64,000 nucleotides of DNA, from positions 5,332,001 to 5,396,000 of the forward strand of contig NC_086098.1 in the NCBI RefSeq assembly GCF_963921235.1. The letters run 5' to 3'. A program made the position numbers and the translations under genes. This stretch comes from Mobula hypostoma (Eukaryota). Each line of letters begins with the position of its first letter. Positions within the stretch are counted from its first letter, which is position 1. Shown here piece by piece: positions 35,175 to 49,310 of the stretch. Below the pieces are notes generated by a model that did no database searches, was not told the DNA's origin, and saw only the letters and a program-made list of their open reading frames with translations.

Positions 35175-35714
35175 TAGAAACATAGAAAATAGGTGCAGGA
35201 GTAGGCCATTCGGCCCTTCAAGCCTGCACCGCCATTCAGTATGATCATGGCTGATCTTCCAACTCAGAACCCTGTACTAGCCTTCTCTCCATACCCCCTG
35301 ATCCCTTTAGCCACAAGGGCCATATCTAACTCCCTCTTAAATATAGCCAATGAACTGGCCTCAACTGTTTTCTGCGGCAGAGAATTCCACAGATTCACCA
35401 CTCTCTGTGTGGAGAAGTTTTTCCTCATCTCGGTCCTAAAAGGCTTCCCCTTTATCCTCAAACTGTGACCCCTCGTTCTGGACTTCCCCAACATCGGGAA
35501 CAATCTTCCTGCATCTAGCCTGTCCAATCCCTTTAGAATTTTATACGTTTCAATAAGATCCCCCCTCAATCTTCTAAATTCCAGAGAGTATAAGCCTAGT
35601 CGATCCAGTCTTTCATCATATGAAAGTCCTGCCATCCCAGGAATCAATCTGGTGAACCTTCTTTGTACTCCCTCTATGGCAGGAATGTCTTTCCTCAGAT
35701 TAGGGGACCAAAAC
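35175..35714 (-). mobile_element. CR1 3' end, well preserved
   Basis: ORF 35264-35647 MIPGMAGLSYDERLDRLGLYSLE..RGDLIETYKIL. Near-identical to 57946-58418. Confidence 0.92.
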
Positions 35715-37504
35715 TCCGGATACGGACCAGGAAAAAATGTGGATGCCTCAAAGAGAGGAGATATTTTTCAATTATGCTTTTTGACTTCAAAAGCAATCAT
35801 AATATTTAATGAGATTATCATTGTTCTTTTCTTATTATCTTCCTGCACTGATCATTTCATAGTCATGGAAAAGTACAGACAGAAACAGGCCCTTCTGCCC
35901 ATCTAGTCCATGCTGAACTGCCTGCACCCATTGACCTGCACCGGGACCGTAGCTCTCCATGTCCCTATTACCCACGTACCTATCCTACCCTCTTTAACAT
36001 TAAAATCGAGCTCGCATGCACCGTTTGTGCAGGCAGCTCATTCCACACTCTCACCACCTTCTGAGTGAGTGAGGTCTCCGTTGGTCAGGATCGACCATGG
36101 ATGTTGTATTCCAGCTGTCTAGGTACGCAAGCCCGGGCAGTACGACATGGAGAGCAAGTTGTTGCCCGTGTAGCAGGCTCCCCCTCTTCACGCAGCTGAT
36201 GAACCCAAAGAAACAGCAGAGACCTGATACAATTCAGTACCAGCAGTATCGCAGGAGTTGCCAGTCCACATTGAACTCAACGTAGGACTGCCTTAGGGAC
36301 TCCAGCTCCGGATTTTTCCCTTAGGGTTTACTCCCAAAGCCTTCCCCATGAGCAATGAAGTTCCCCCTCATGTTTCCCTTAAACTTTATGTGAAACTTTT
36401 AATGTTATTTCAATGTTGAATAAACTAAATGATTATAGAGAACATAGAACATAGAACATGATCTACAGCACTACACAGGCCCTTCGGCCCACAATGTTGT
36501 GCTGACCATGTAACCTACTCTAGAAACTGCCTAGAATTTCCCTACCGTATAGCCCTCTGTTTTTCTAAGCTCCATGTACCTAAGAGTCTCTTAAAAGACC
36601 CTATTGTTTCCGCCTCCACCACTGTCACTGGCAATGCATTCCACACACCCACCATTCTCTGTGTGGAAAAACTTAACCCCGACATTTCCTCAGTAGCTAT
36701 TTCCAAGCACCTTAAAACTCTACCCCCTCGTGTTAGCCATTTCAGACCTGGGAAAAACCCTTTGGCTATCCACACGATCAATGCCCCTCATCATCTTAAA
36801 GAGACTAGAGAGGTTATCTTGATTTGTCACGTGTACATCGAAATGTCAAAACACAGAGTGAGAGGCATAATTTGCGTAAACAACCAGTACTGTCAGAGGA
36901 TGTTCTGGGGGCAGGCTGCAATTGTCACCATGTTTCCAACATCAACATAGCATGCCCACAACTTACTAACCTTAACCTGTAGGTCTTTGGAATGTGGGAG
37001 GAAACCAGAGCACTTGGAGGTAACCCACGTGGTTATGTGTAGAACGTACAAACTCCTTACAGACTGTGGGGGGAATTGAACCTCATTCGATCACTGCTGG
37101 TGCTGGAAAGTGATTGTGCTGCCCTTTGCATGAGGCTTAAAAGAATGATAATATTGTGTGAGATTATCACTGCTCTTTATGAATATATCCCTGTACTACT
37201 TGCTTCGGAATATTATTTTAATTAGAGGGGGCAAAATTTGAAGGTGATTTGAGAGAAGTATAGGAGTATGTCAGTGGCAGGTTTTCTACCAAGAGGGTGG
37301 TGGGTGCGTGGAACACACTGCTGGTAGATGCTGATACATTAGGACATTTAAGAAACTCTTAAATAAGGACATGGATGATAGAAAAATGGAGAGCTTTGTG
37401 GGAGGGAAGGATTAGATTGATCTTAGAGTAGGTTAAAAGTTCAGCACAACATTGTGGGCCAAAGTTAATTTTATATTTAAACAAACTGACTAGTCAGTAT
37501 AGAT

Positions 37505-38821
37505 CACAAACAAGATGCTGGAAATCCAAGCAACACACACAAAATGTTGGAGGAACTCAGTAGACCAGGCAGCATCTACGGAAAAGAATTCAGTTGACGT
37601 TTCAGGCTCAGGCTCTTCAACAGGACTGGAGAAAGAGAGATGAGAAGTAGATTTAAAAGGTGGGGGAGGGAAGGGAGAAACACAAGGTGATAGGTGAAAC
37701 TGGGAGTGGGGAGCGGTGAAGTAAAGAGCTGGGAAGTTGATCAGTGAATGAGATACAGGGCTGGAGAAGGGGGGAATCTAATAGGAAAGGACAGAAGGCC
37801 ATGGAAGAAAGAAAAGCGGGGAGGAGCACCAGAGGGAGGCGATGGGCAGGCAAAGAGATAAGGTGAGAGAGGGAAAAGGAAATGGGGAATGGTGAAGTTT
37901 GGGGGGTGGGGATATTACCAGAAGTTCGAGAAAGTGATGTTCATGCCATCAGGTTGGATGCTACCCATACAGAATATAAGGTATTTCTCCTCCAACCTGA
38001 ATGCTGTCCAAGTTGCATGCCATCTTGGTCAATGTCTCCCATCCACTACATAATGTACTGGTTGGGCACAGGAGTACATTCAGCCAGAGACTCATTCCAC
38101 CGAGATGCAACACAGAGCGTCATAGGAAGTCATTCCTTCCTGTGGCCATCAAACTTTACAACTCCTCCCTTGGAGGGTCAGACACCCTGAGCCGATAGGC
38201 TGGTCCTGGACTTATTTCCTGGCATAATTTACATATTACTATTTAACTATTTATGGTTTTATTACTATTTAATTATCCATGGTGCAACTGTAATGAAAAC
38301 CAATTTCCCCCGGGATCAATAAAGTATGACTATGACTATGAATGTGGCCTCATCACAACAGTAGAGGAGGGCATGGATAGACATATTGGAATGGGAATGG
38401 GAAGTGGAATTAAAATGGGTGGCCACTGGGAGATTCCTGTCCTTCTGGCAGATGATGTGTAGGTGCTTGGTGAAGTGGTCTCCCAATCTATGCCAGGTCT
38501 CACCAATATACAGGAGGCTACACTGGGAGCACTGGGCGCAGTATATGCAGTATATGAACCCCCCCCCCCCCCCGACAGGTGAAGTGTCAGCTCACCTGGA
38601 AGGACTGTTTGGGGATGTCGGCATGAACATCAATTTCTGTCCCCCTCCCAGTTTCACCTATTACCCTGTGTTTCTCCCTCCCCTCCTGCCACCTTTTAAA
38701 TCTACTCCTCATCTTTTTTTCTCTAGTCCTGCTGAAGGGTTTTGGCCCCAAACATCGACTGTACTTTTTTCCATAGATGCTGCCTGGCCTGCTGAGTTCC
38801 TCCAGCATTTTGTGTGTGTTA
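37505..38821 (-). mobile_element. Penelope-like element with GIY-YIG remnant and inverted terminal duplication
   Basis: Minus strand IYC...LLYIGETWHRLGDHF...PVATHFNS. 38619-38821 is an inverted copy of the 3' end. Confidence 0.88.
38001..38340 (+). mobile_element. Rex/Babar-type LINE 3' end with (ATGACT)n tail, nested in the Penelope copy
   Basis: MLSKLHAIL..SHPLH..CNTERHRKSFLPVAIKLYN. Near-identical to 39914 and 50164. Confidence 0.85.
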
Positions 38822-39913
38822 GTCAGTATAAATCTTGCATCGTGTCATTTTCTGTTTTTGTAAGTTGTTGGGGAATGAAATTAGCATCACATGTATGTAT
38901 GCTTCAGAAAGGAGTGTAACTAAAAGCTGATCGCCAGTAGTTAAACGAGTATTTTATTCTTATTTACAGATACATCATGGAACAGGCCATTCCAGCCCAA
39001 TGAGCCACACTGCCCAGTGACCCCGTAAGGGAGGAGGCTATGTAGAATCCTCTCCAGTACCACCAGACTCAAAAACAGCTACTTTGTCCAAGCAGTAAGG
39101 CTGATCAACACCTTCACTCACCAGCCCCACGTCTCCACATCCCCAACCACCACTACCAATTTATCATTTCCTGTCAGTCACTTTAAGTACAAGAGCACAT
39201 TGCACAAATTGCTGGAGGAACTCAGCAGGTCAGGCAGCATCTGTGGAGATGGACAATTGGTCAATGTATTGGGCCAAGACATGATGGAGCCAGCTGGTTG
39301 TAAGGTCAGTTTGCTCCATCATGGCCATTAGCTTCCCCAACATTGAGGACATCTTCAAAAGATGATGCCTCAAAATGGCAGCATTTATCATTAAGAATAA
39401 GCACTCCTCCCCATCACCCAGGACATGCCCTCTTCTCATTGCTATCATTAGGAAGGAGACACTGTCATAAAACAACAAATTTCGAGATGTTTGTCAGTGA
39501 TAATGAACCTAATTCTAATTCTGACTGCAGAGGAGAAATATTCTGTATGCAGGATGCCTGAAAGACAGTAATGGTCTTGGGGTCAATTTCATTGTGACAT
39601 TTTGTCACCAGTGTATCTTACGGAGAAGGCTATAGATTTACTCAGTGCTCTGGAAAGGACAGCTGCATCCAGAGATGCTTGAATAATAACAGGTACTGGA
39701 GGAATATGGAGACACGGTTGCACAGAACACTCCAAGAGAACCACAAGCTTCTCATTGTGTGCCTCAGTGACCCGGAGAGCTACGTTGGCTGGAGTCAGGG
39801 CACCATGCTTTGGCTCTTGGTAGGGTTACCCAGGCCAAACAGGCCAGACTAGGAGTGGTCCACCGGTCCTCCATGTTCAGGGGTTCAGCTCATGGCTAAC
39901 ATCCCTGACTGGT

Positions 39914-40680
39914 TATCTGCAGCTTAATGTGAAAAAGACTAAGGAGCTGGTGGTAGACCTGAGGAGAGCTAAGGTACCGGTGACCCCTGTTTCCATCCAA
40001 GGGGTCAGTGTGGACACAGTGGAGGATTACAAATACCTGGGGATATGAATTGACAATAAACTGGACTGGTCAAAGAACACTGAGGCTGTCTACAAGAAGG
40101 ATCAGAGACGTCTCTATTTCTTGAGGAGACTGAGGTCCTTTAACATCTGCCGGATGATGCTGAGGATATTCTATGAGTCTGTGGTGGCCAGTGCTATCAT
40201 GTTTGCTGTTGTGTGCTGGGGCAGCAGGCTGAGGGTAGCAGACATCAAAAGAATCAACAAACTCATTCGTAAGGCCAGTGATGTTGTGGGGATGGAACTG
40301 GACTCTCTGACGGTGGTGTCTGAAGAGAGGATGCTGTCCAAGCTGCATGCCATCTTGGACAATGTCTCCCATCCACTACATATAGTACTGGTTGGGCACA
40401 GGAGTACATTCAGCCAGAGACTCATTCCACCGAGATGCAACACAGAGCGTCATAGGAAGTCATTCCTGCCTGTGGCCATCAAACTTTACAACTCCTCCCT
40501 TGGAGGGTCAGACACCCTGAACCAATAGGCTGGTCCTGGACTTATTTCCTGGCATAATTTACATATTACTATTTAACTATTTATGGTTCTATTACTATCT
40601 ATTATTTATGGTGCAACTATGACGAAAACCAATTTCCCCCGGGATCAGTAAAGTATGACTATGACTATGACTAGGACTAT
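39914..40680 (+). mobile_element. Rex/Babar-type LINE 3' end
   Basis: LQLNVKKTKELVVD..YKYLG..RLYFLRRLRSFNI, (ATGACT)n tail. Splits an older short element. Confidence 0.88.
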
Positions 40681-40961
40681 GGTAAAAAAAATGGGAAGAA
40701 GTTACAGAAATATCAATGAAGAATCCTTCTACACCTGAGTGCAATGGTATTCCCGAGTCTCCGCCTGGGACTTGCGTGACGGTAGTGAAATCTGAGAGGA
40801 AGCTACTGACACGATGAGGGAAGCCCTGAACACTGTCCGAGATGGAGGACCTTTATTACTGCCTTAAACACCAGCGGCATAATGGCAGTAAGTTGCCCAG
40901 AATCCATTTGTGTTTGTCTTATATGCATAATTGCTACATATAACGTGATCGTGAGCATGCG

Positions 40962-41270
40962 TTGGGCAGCACAAGTAACAAAGCGGTTAGCACAATCGCT
41001 TTACAGCATCAGTGATCACCGAAGGGAGTTCAATTCCACAATTGTCTTGTAAGGAATTTGTACGTTCTCCCTGTGGCTGTATAGGTTTCCTCCGTGTGCT
41101 CCGGTTTCCGCCCACATGTCGAAGATGTAGGTTAGGGTTAGTGAGTTATGTTCATGCTATGTGTGTCAGAAGTGTGGTGACGGGTACGATTTTCTCTGTG
41201 ACACAAGCAATGCATTTCACTGTATATTTCAATCTATGTGTGAGTCATAAAGTTAATTTCTTTGTCTTTA
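40962..41270 (+). mobile_element. V-SINE-like tRNA-derived SINE
   Basis: Degenerate A/B boxes (agcggttagc; agttcaattcc) and the core tgtacgttctccc..ggtttcctcc..gtgctccggtttcc. Confidence 0.7.
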
Positions 41271-42742
41271 TAACTCAAATTCACCCTAATATCATCTCTT
41301 ATCTACATTATCAATTCAAGTGGTGGACTTAATGACAGAAATTAGATTAAAAGGTCATGATTTATAATTTTTGTAATAAATTTATAGTTCAATAAGGTGT
41401 ACATCAGTCTTAAAGAGTCATTCCTGAGAGAATTAATGTTCATTGCTGGGACATCGATTATAAACCACCCACACTTTTTTATCTTGACTGCCACTTACCA
41501 CAAGTTCTAATTAATTGTCAGCCTGATTGCTGGCCGAGTGTGATCTTCTCTCTCCCCTGTCTGATAGCAGACAGACACAGCCCCCGGCTTACCCATTCAT
41601 GAGCCACGTTTCATTGCAGATTCATCTGGAGCCTCTGGGTGGATCAGTAACGTAGCTGTTAGTGTAACGCTTTACAGTGCCTTCCGTAAGATTGGGGTCC
41701 AATTCCTGCTGCTGCCTGTAATGAATTTGTACACTCTCTCCAGGACCACGGAGTTGAGGAAAAACTTTTTCACCCAGAGAGTGGTGGATATGTGGAATGC
41801 TCTGCCCCAGAAGGCTGTGGAGGCCAAGTCTCTGGATGCTTTCAAAAAAGAGATGGATAGAGCTCTTAAAGATAGTGGAATCAAAGGTTATGGGGACAAG
41901 GCAGGAACTGGGTACTGATTGTGGATGATCAACCATGATCACAGTGAATGGCGGTGTTGGCTCGAAGGGCCGAATGGCCTACTCCTGCACCTATTGTCTA
42001 TTGTTTAATGTCCTCAGGGTGTTCAGATCAAGGCTTCTCTCAAATCTTGTATGTGTCCAATATGATAGTAAGTTAGATCACTCTGATCTGCCTGCACAAG
42101 GTCTACAGTATATCTCGGATCCCCTCTTTCCTCTCCCATGAGGCAGAATATACGAGTGCCTGAAAGCACGTACCATCACACTCAAGGACAGGTTCTACCC
42201 CATTGTTGAGTGGTTTCCCAATAAAATAAAGTAGACTCCTGACCTCACTATCTACCTGAGCCGCACTTTATTGTTTTCCTGCACTGCATTTTCTCTGTAG
42301 TTGTTACACTTTATTCTGCATTGTTATTGATTTACTTGGTTCTGCCTCAATGCTCTGTGTCTCTGTGTCGGATCTGTGTGAACAGTATAGAAGACAAGCA
42401 TTTCACTGTATCTCAGTACGTGTGAGAATCATAAACCAATTCCAATTCCAAGCTCTAGAGCAGAACAATTATCCAAGGTTTCTAATCACTCATGACCACC
42501 ATGGTAAATTTGGTGTTGCTATTATTGAGAGAGGGGATCTTTTTCACCCCACCCCAAAGGGGGATTGCAAATTGGAGTGTACTACCTGAAGGGAGAGGCA
42601 GAGAACCTCAGCATTTAAGGCGGGAGTTCCCAAGCTCGGGTCCATGGACCCCTTGCTTAATGCTATTGGTCCATGGCATAAAATCCTTAATCCCTGATTG
42701 AGGAATTATCCAGACAAATGGTTAAAATGCCACATCACGGAT

Positions 42743-43084
42743 TGTCATGGTACGGCTCTCAGAGGACTAGACCCGGGTGCGAAGGAATGCAGCAACCTCG
42801 GGGTGAGATGGAGACAAGAGGTTAAATTTCAGAATCAGAACCTCAGAGAGTGACACCACGAGGTAATTCAACCTCTCTGATACAATGACCCCCCTGAGGC
42901 ACTGACTGAGATCCTCTTTAAATAATCCTAGGCAGCGGGAAACGTGTGCCAGTCGCAATTAACTTGACAAGATTAAACCAAGTACATAATAACCTAGTTA
43001 AGATAACGATTAGTAAATACAGGTGTTCAAAAACCCTAGCAGCTCAACGCTCCGTGCCAAGCCACAGGGATCAGTACACAGACA
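42743..43084 (-). mobile_element. LTR-like element related to 1187-1609
   Basis: TGTC...GACA ends and a shared internal motif. No clear TSD. Confidence 0.4.
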
Positions 43085-43372
43085 ATGGTATGGTAGTATA
43101 GTAGTTAGCAGAACACTGTTACAACACCAGCTGTTAGGCTGGGGTTCAACTCCTGCCGCTGTCTGTACGTTCTCCCTGTGACTGCACGGGTTTCCTCCAG
43201 GTGCTCCGGTTTCCACCCACAATCCAAAGACATACAGATGGTGTTATTCAGTTGTGGACACGCTATGTTGGTGCCGGATGTGTGTGGCACTTGTGGGCTG
43301 CCCCCAGCATATCTTTGATGCATATGATGCCTTTCACTGTGTGTTTCGATGCATTGATGTACATCTGACAAA
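43085..43372 (+). mobile_element. V-SINE-like SINE
   Basis: gggttcaactcc B-box and V-core gggtttcctccaggtgctccggtttcc. Confidence 0.7.
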
Positions 43373-43384
43373 TGGCCCTCCACC

Positions 43385-43670
43385 TTCATCCTCCTCTGCC
43401 TTGCAGAGCTGGTCCTCTCCTTCAACAATTTCTCCTTCAACTCCTCCCATTTCCTCCAAACTCAAGTGATAGCCATGGGCACCTGCGTGCGTATAACAGT
43501 CCACGTCCCAAGCCTTCCTTAGTAATACCCCTCAACTCTTCATCCACTATATTGGTGACTGCATTGGTGCTGCTTCATGCACCCATGCTGAATTTATCAA
43601 TTTTATTAACTTTAACTTTAATACTGTCCAATTTCCACATGGTCCATTTTGACATCTCTCTTCCCTTTCT
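43385..43670 (+). pseudogene. Penelope-like RT fragment
   Basis: LAELVLSFNNFSFNSSHFLQTQVIAMGT ... LFIHYIGDCIGAASCTHAE (degenerate QxxGxAMG and YIDD motifs). Confidence 0.8.
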
Positions 43671-43689
43671 CAAGCCTGTGCTTGAATCT

Positions 43690-45810
43690 ACTTGGAGTAA
43701 GACTATCTTAGATTGTGTGTTGTGTAATAACCCAAATCTTATTAGGGAGTTCAATGTAAAGGAACCCTAAGGAGACAGTAACCATAATATGATTGAAGTC
43801 ATACTGCAGTTTGAGTGGGAGAAGCATAAATCACATGCATAAGTATTGCAAAGGAACAAAGGGTTCCTTTGCAATAGACTGCAGAGCAGAGATGGATGAA
43901 GTTTCTGGGAGTAGTTCACTTGGTGGTGCAAGGTAGATATGTCCTACAAAGGAAGAAGTTCTCAAATGGCAGTGGTAGGCAACCGTGGCTGACAAAGGAG
44001 ATGAAAGACTGCATAAAAGCCAAGGAAAGGGCATGTAAGGTAGCAAAGGTGAGTGGGAATTTGGATGATTGGGAAGCTTTTAAAATCCAACAAAAGGCAA
44101 CTAAAAAAGCACTAAGAAAGGAGTAGATGAAATATAGGGGCAGACTAGCCAATAATATAAAGCAGGAGACCAAAAGTTTTTTCAGTTGTATAAACAGTCA
44201 AAAGGGAGGTGAGAGTTGATATTGGACCATTGGAAAACAATGCTGGTGAGGTAGTATTGGGGGACAAAGAAATGGCAGATGAACTTAATGGGTACTATGC
44301 ATCAGTCTTCACTGTGGAAGATACTAGCAGTGTGCCAGAGACCCGTGAGTGTCAGGGAGCAGGAGTGAGTGCCATTGCTATTACAAAGGAAAAAGTGCTA
44401 GGCAAACTGAAAGGATGTCAGCTGGGCCAGATGGACTACATCCCAGAGTCCTGAGAGAGATTGCTGAAGAGATAACGGATGCATTGGTCATGATCTTTCA
44501 TGGTGGTCATGAGGATATGGGGCCCATGCCAAACTTCTTCAATTGCCTGAAGTGTTTTGCCACAAAGCCGGTGTGTACAGTCCAGGTGAGGTCTTTGGTG
44601 ATAAGTACACCGAGGAACTTGAAACGACTCACCCTCTCAAGGGCAGACCCATTGGTGTTGATCGGGCCGAGCCTGTCTCCGTTTCTGTTATAATCCACAA
44701 TCAGCTCTTTTGTTTTTTGGACATTGAGGTTGTTATCTTGGCACCACTGTGTCAGGGTGTCAACCTCTCTTTTGTAGGCTGTCTCAGCACTGCTAGAAAT
44801 AAGACCAACCAAAGTCCTTCCATCTGTGCATTTGATCAGCAGATTGGAGCTGAGTGTGACAGTACAGTCATGGGTGTAAAGGGAGTAGAGAAGGGGACTC
44901 AGGACACAACCCTGGGGGTACCTGTGTTGAGGGTCAGAGGGGCAGAGGTGAGGGAGCCCATCCTAACCACCTGTCGGCGATCCAGTAGGAAGTCTGGGAT
45001 TCAGCTGGGGTGCAGGCCAAGGTCTCTGAGCTTTCTGTCAAGTTTGGAGGGAATAATGCTGTTGAATGCTGAACTGTAGTCCAGGAACAGCATTCTAATG
45101 TATGCACCCCTCTTCTCCATGTGAGTGAGGACGGTGTGTAGTGCTGTGGCTATGGCGTGATCGGTTGGCGAATTGTAGGGGGGGTCCAGTGTGGGTGGTA
45201 ACACGCTGAGATTAGTCTTCAACCAGCCTCGGAAAACATTTGCTCATAATTGAGGTGAGTGCGACAGGGTGCCCATCATTCAAGGATGCTACTGTTTCTG
45301 GGCCCCGTATCTCAGAAAGGATGTGTTGTCATTGGAGCGAGTCCAGAGGAGGTTCACGAGGATGATTCCCGGGAATGAAAGGGTTAACATTTGAGGAGCA
45401 TTTGGAAGCTTTGGGCCTGTACTCACTGGAATTTAGAAGAGTGCAGGGGAATCTCATTGAAACCTACTGAATGTAGAAAGGACTAGACAGGTTGGATGTG
45501 GAGAGGATGTTTCCTATGGTGGAGGTATCCAGCACTAGAGTGCACTTTAGAACAGAGGTACGGTGGAATTTTTTTAGCCAAAGAAGAGTAAGTCTGTGGA
45601 ATGCTCTGCCACAGACTGTGGTGGAGGCCAAGTTTGTGTGTATATTTAAGGTTGAAGTTGATCATTCCCTGATCGGTCAGGGCATCAAAGGATATGGTGG
45701 GAAGGCAGGTGTATGGGGTTGAGTGGGATCAGAGATCAGCCATGATGGAATGGCAGAGCAGACTGGATGGGCTGAATGGCCTAATTTTGCTCCTGTGTCT
45801 TATGGTCTTA
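43690..45810 (+). mobile_element. Decayed CR1 (43690-44500 and 45290-45810) flanking an opposite-strand LINE
   Basis: GPLENNAGEVV..EMADELN, GPDGLHPRVLREIAEEI, and a 3' end with RGNLIETY. Confidence 0.82.
44505..45285 (-). mobile_element. Rex/L2-type LINE RT fragment
   Basis: HAIATALHTVLTH..YIRMLFLDYSSAFNSIIP; WCQDNNLNVQKTKELIVD; FKFLGV. Confidence 0.88.
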
Positions 45811-48800
45811 AGATATAGGACCAGAAATAGGCCATTTGGCCCATCAAATCTGCTCCGTCATTCAATCATGGGCGATCCTTTTCTCCCCTCCTCAGCCCCA
45901 TTCCCTGTCCTTCTCAACGTAACCTTTGATGCCATGTCCAATCAAGAACCTATCAAGCTCTCCCTTAAATACACCCAATGACCTGGCCTCCACAGCTGTC
46001 TGTGGTAATAAATTCCACAAATTCACCACCCTCTGGCTAAAGAAATGTCTATGCATCTCTGTTTTAAATAGATGCCCCTCTATCCTGAGGCTGAGCATGA
46101 ACATCAATTTCTCCTTCTGGTTAAAAAATAATCCTTCCCCCTCTCCTCTTCTTCTGTTCCTCACTCTGGCCTCGTACCTCTTCTCACACGCCTGTCACCT
46201 CACCCTGGGTCCCCTCCTCCTACCCTTTATCCCATGGTACACTCTACTGTCCTATTGGATTCCTTCTTCCGCTACATTGCCAACGACTCAGGTTCAATTC
46301 CAGCTGCTGTATGTAATGTGTTAATTTATTTCTTTATTGAGATACAGTGTGGAATAGGCCCATTTAGCCCTTCAAGCCATGCCGATCAGCAACCCCCGAT
46401 TTAACCTAATCACAGGACAGTTTACAACGACCAATTAACCAATGAATCGGTACGTCGTTGGACTGTGGGAGGAAACCCACGTGGCGACGGGGAGAGCGTA
46501 CAAACTCCTTACAGACAGAGGTGGAACAGAACTCGGGGTTGCTAGTTCTGTTAAGCATTGTGCTAACCACTGCACTACCATGTCGCCTGTCTTCCCGTCA
46601 CTATGTGGACTTTTTTCAGGTGCTCCAGTTTCCTCCCACAGTCCAAAGATGTACGGGCTAGTAAGTTAATTAGTCATGTGGGTGTAATGGAAACAGCCTG
46701 TTAACATGCTGTACCTCCAACTAAATAAAATCAACATATTACACCTTCATTAAGATATTATAGGTTTTACTGTTGCCCAATGGGAAATCTCTAAAGACTA
46801 GTTTTTGCATTTTTAGCCACCTATGTCAGTGCATGCATCAATTAGTGATATTTTTTAATTGTTTACAACTTTGTATGCAGAAAACAAAATCAAATAACAA
46901 GTTCCTACGACATTGCTCAGAAATAATGTCAGACTGTTGTTTAATTATTAGTTGCTTACTGTATATCATTGTCGAAAAGAGCAGAATGCTGTCAGAACTT
47001 CCATTATGTCATAATAAGCATTTTATTGAACCTAGTAAACTGTGTTCAGATAGCACCAGTGATGCTGGCAGGTATTATGCTGAGGTCATTCTGTAGTACT
47101 GTGGAGGTGGTGAAGTTCTGTCCAAACTCATTGTAATTATAAAACTGTTTCTTTGTCAACGTATCCTTTGGGAGCTCAGTGCCTAAGGCTTTCACTGTCA
47201 TTTCTTGTCAAGTACTTCCTGACACCATTACACCTCTGTTGAAGTCAGAACTTTTCCAACTGAAGAGATTATTTTTACAACTCTATCACACATTGTAAGC
47301 ACTAAAGGGAAACCAAGCAATATGAATTTTTTCACACTTGATGGTGACACTTCTGTACAATATTCAGAGCACATTATTACAAATGATATTGACTTGACAG
47401 GTTTAAAGTCAATTGACATGACTGACTTCTCTGTCCAAATGCTGATGAATGACAACTTTGGGTCAAACGGCCAAGAATAATGATTGGTGCTAATGTCATT
47501 GTAAGTTTGGTGCCATGTTTAATCTTGTGGTTAGAATAGAAAATCATAACCATCTGTCTTTCTCAGTATACTGAATCCTGATAGTCAATTTAATAGAACT
47601 TAAATGACTAAATCAAAGTATCTGCACCAGTTCTTAGCTTTATGTAGATAAACTAGACTAAAGTAATTTTACAGAAGACATTAAATCTTATTGTGGGCCA
47701 GTACTACAAAAAAAATCTGCCTGATACTCCTTAAATGTCAAAATAACTAAGCAGTTTTATAATTTGGCAGACATTATGCTGAAGGAATTAATTGTTCAGT
47801 GTCATCCTTTTTATTCCTGAAGATTGATAATAGCTTTCACATTTCATTGAAAGACTGACAGGAATGATGTGGTGAGGATGTTTCCCAAAGCGGAGCATCT
47901 AGGACCAAAGGGCACAGCCTCATAATAGAAGGATGCCACTCTAGAACAAAGATATAGATCATTGAAAACTACAGCACAGAATCAGGCCCTTCAGCCCACC
48001 TAGCCTGTGCTGAAACCATTTAAACTGTCTACTCTCATCAACATGCACCTGGACCATAGCCCTGCCATCCATGTATCTATCCAAACTTCCCACAAACATT
48101 GAAATCAAACCAGCATGCACCTCTTGCACTGGCAGCTTGTTCCCACTCTCATGAACCTCTGTGAGAAGTTTCCCTTCATGTTCCCTTTAAGCTTTTCACC
48201 TTTTACCCTCAACCCTTGACCTGTAGTTGTCGTCCCACCCAAACTTAGTGGAAAATGCCTCCTTGCATTTCCCCTATCTACACCCCTCAGAATTTTGTAT
48301 CCCTCAATCAAATCTCCCCTCAGTCTTCTGCATTCCAAGGAATAATAAGGAGGAGTTTCTTTAGACAGAGGGTAGTGAATCATTGTCAGAGTTTTCTGTG
48401 GGGGCCAAAACATTGTGTATATTTAAAGCAGAGGTTGATAGGTTTTTGATTAGTAAGGGTGTCAACGGTAATGGGGAGAGGGCACGAGAATGGCATTGAG
48501 AGGGAAAATAATCATCCATGAATGAATGGCAGATCAGACTCAAAGGGCCGAAAGCCTAATTTTGCTCCTATGTTTCATAGTCTTATGATTGAGATACTTT
48601 AACAATGCAGAAGGTACTAATATATGTAGAAATCTTTCTGTAACCAGATTTTATAAATATGTTCATTCATGGAAATGCAGTGATAATGGTTGCATTCTAA
48701 CATTAAAAAACTGCCAATTGGATGCAGGTCTGATTTCAACATTTAAGAGAAGTTTGGATAGTTACATGGATGGGAGGTCTATGGTCCGGGTGTGGGTTGA

Positions 48801-48892
48801 TGGGACTAGGCAGGTTAAAGGTTTAGCATGGACCTGTGTCTGTGCGCTACTTTTCTTTGACTTTATGATTAATGAAACCCATCCCAATAGTT

Positions 48893-49285
48893 CATACTTT
48901 ATACTTTATTGTTGCCAAACAATTGATACTAAAACGTACAATCATCACAGCGATATTTGATTCTGCGCTTTCTGCTCCCTGGATTACAAATATTAAATAT
49001 TAAAAATATTAAAAATATTGAAAATTGGTAAATATTAAAAAATTAAATTATAAATCATAAATAGAAAATAGAAAAATGGAAAGTAAGGTAGCGCAAAAAA
49101 ACTGAGAGGCAGGTCCGGATATTTGGAGGGGACGGCCCAGATCCGGGTCAGGATCCGTTCAGCAGTCTTATCACAGTTGGAAAGAAGCTGTTCCCAAATC
49201 TGGCCGTACGAGTCTTCAAGCTCCTGAGCCTTCTCCCGGAGGGAAGAGGGACGAAAAGTGTGTTGGCTGGATGGGTCGTGACCTT
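48893..49285 (-). mobile_element. Rex/L2-type LINE 3' end with (AAAGTAT)n tail
   Basis: HPANTLFVPLPSGRRLRSLKTRTARFGNSFFPTVIRLLN on the minus strand. Confidence 0.82.
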
Positions 49286-49310
49286 GTTTAATGACATTAC
49301 TTTGGATGAA

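Noticed and set aside
36196..36214. CTGATGA...GAAA hammerhead-like string
   Set aside because: The intervening acccaaa cannot form stem II, and no stem I/III or cleavage triplet fits.
39612..39691. AG...GT-bounded 80-nt open segment
   Set aside because: Weak donor (GTACTG) and an unrecognised peptide. Expected by chance.
47097..47480. Possible coding exon in unique sequence
   Set aside because: Short open frames on both strands, none recognisable, and no convincing splice-site pair. Kept only as a candidate non-coding island.
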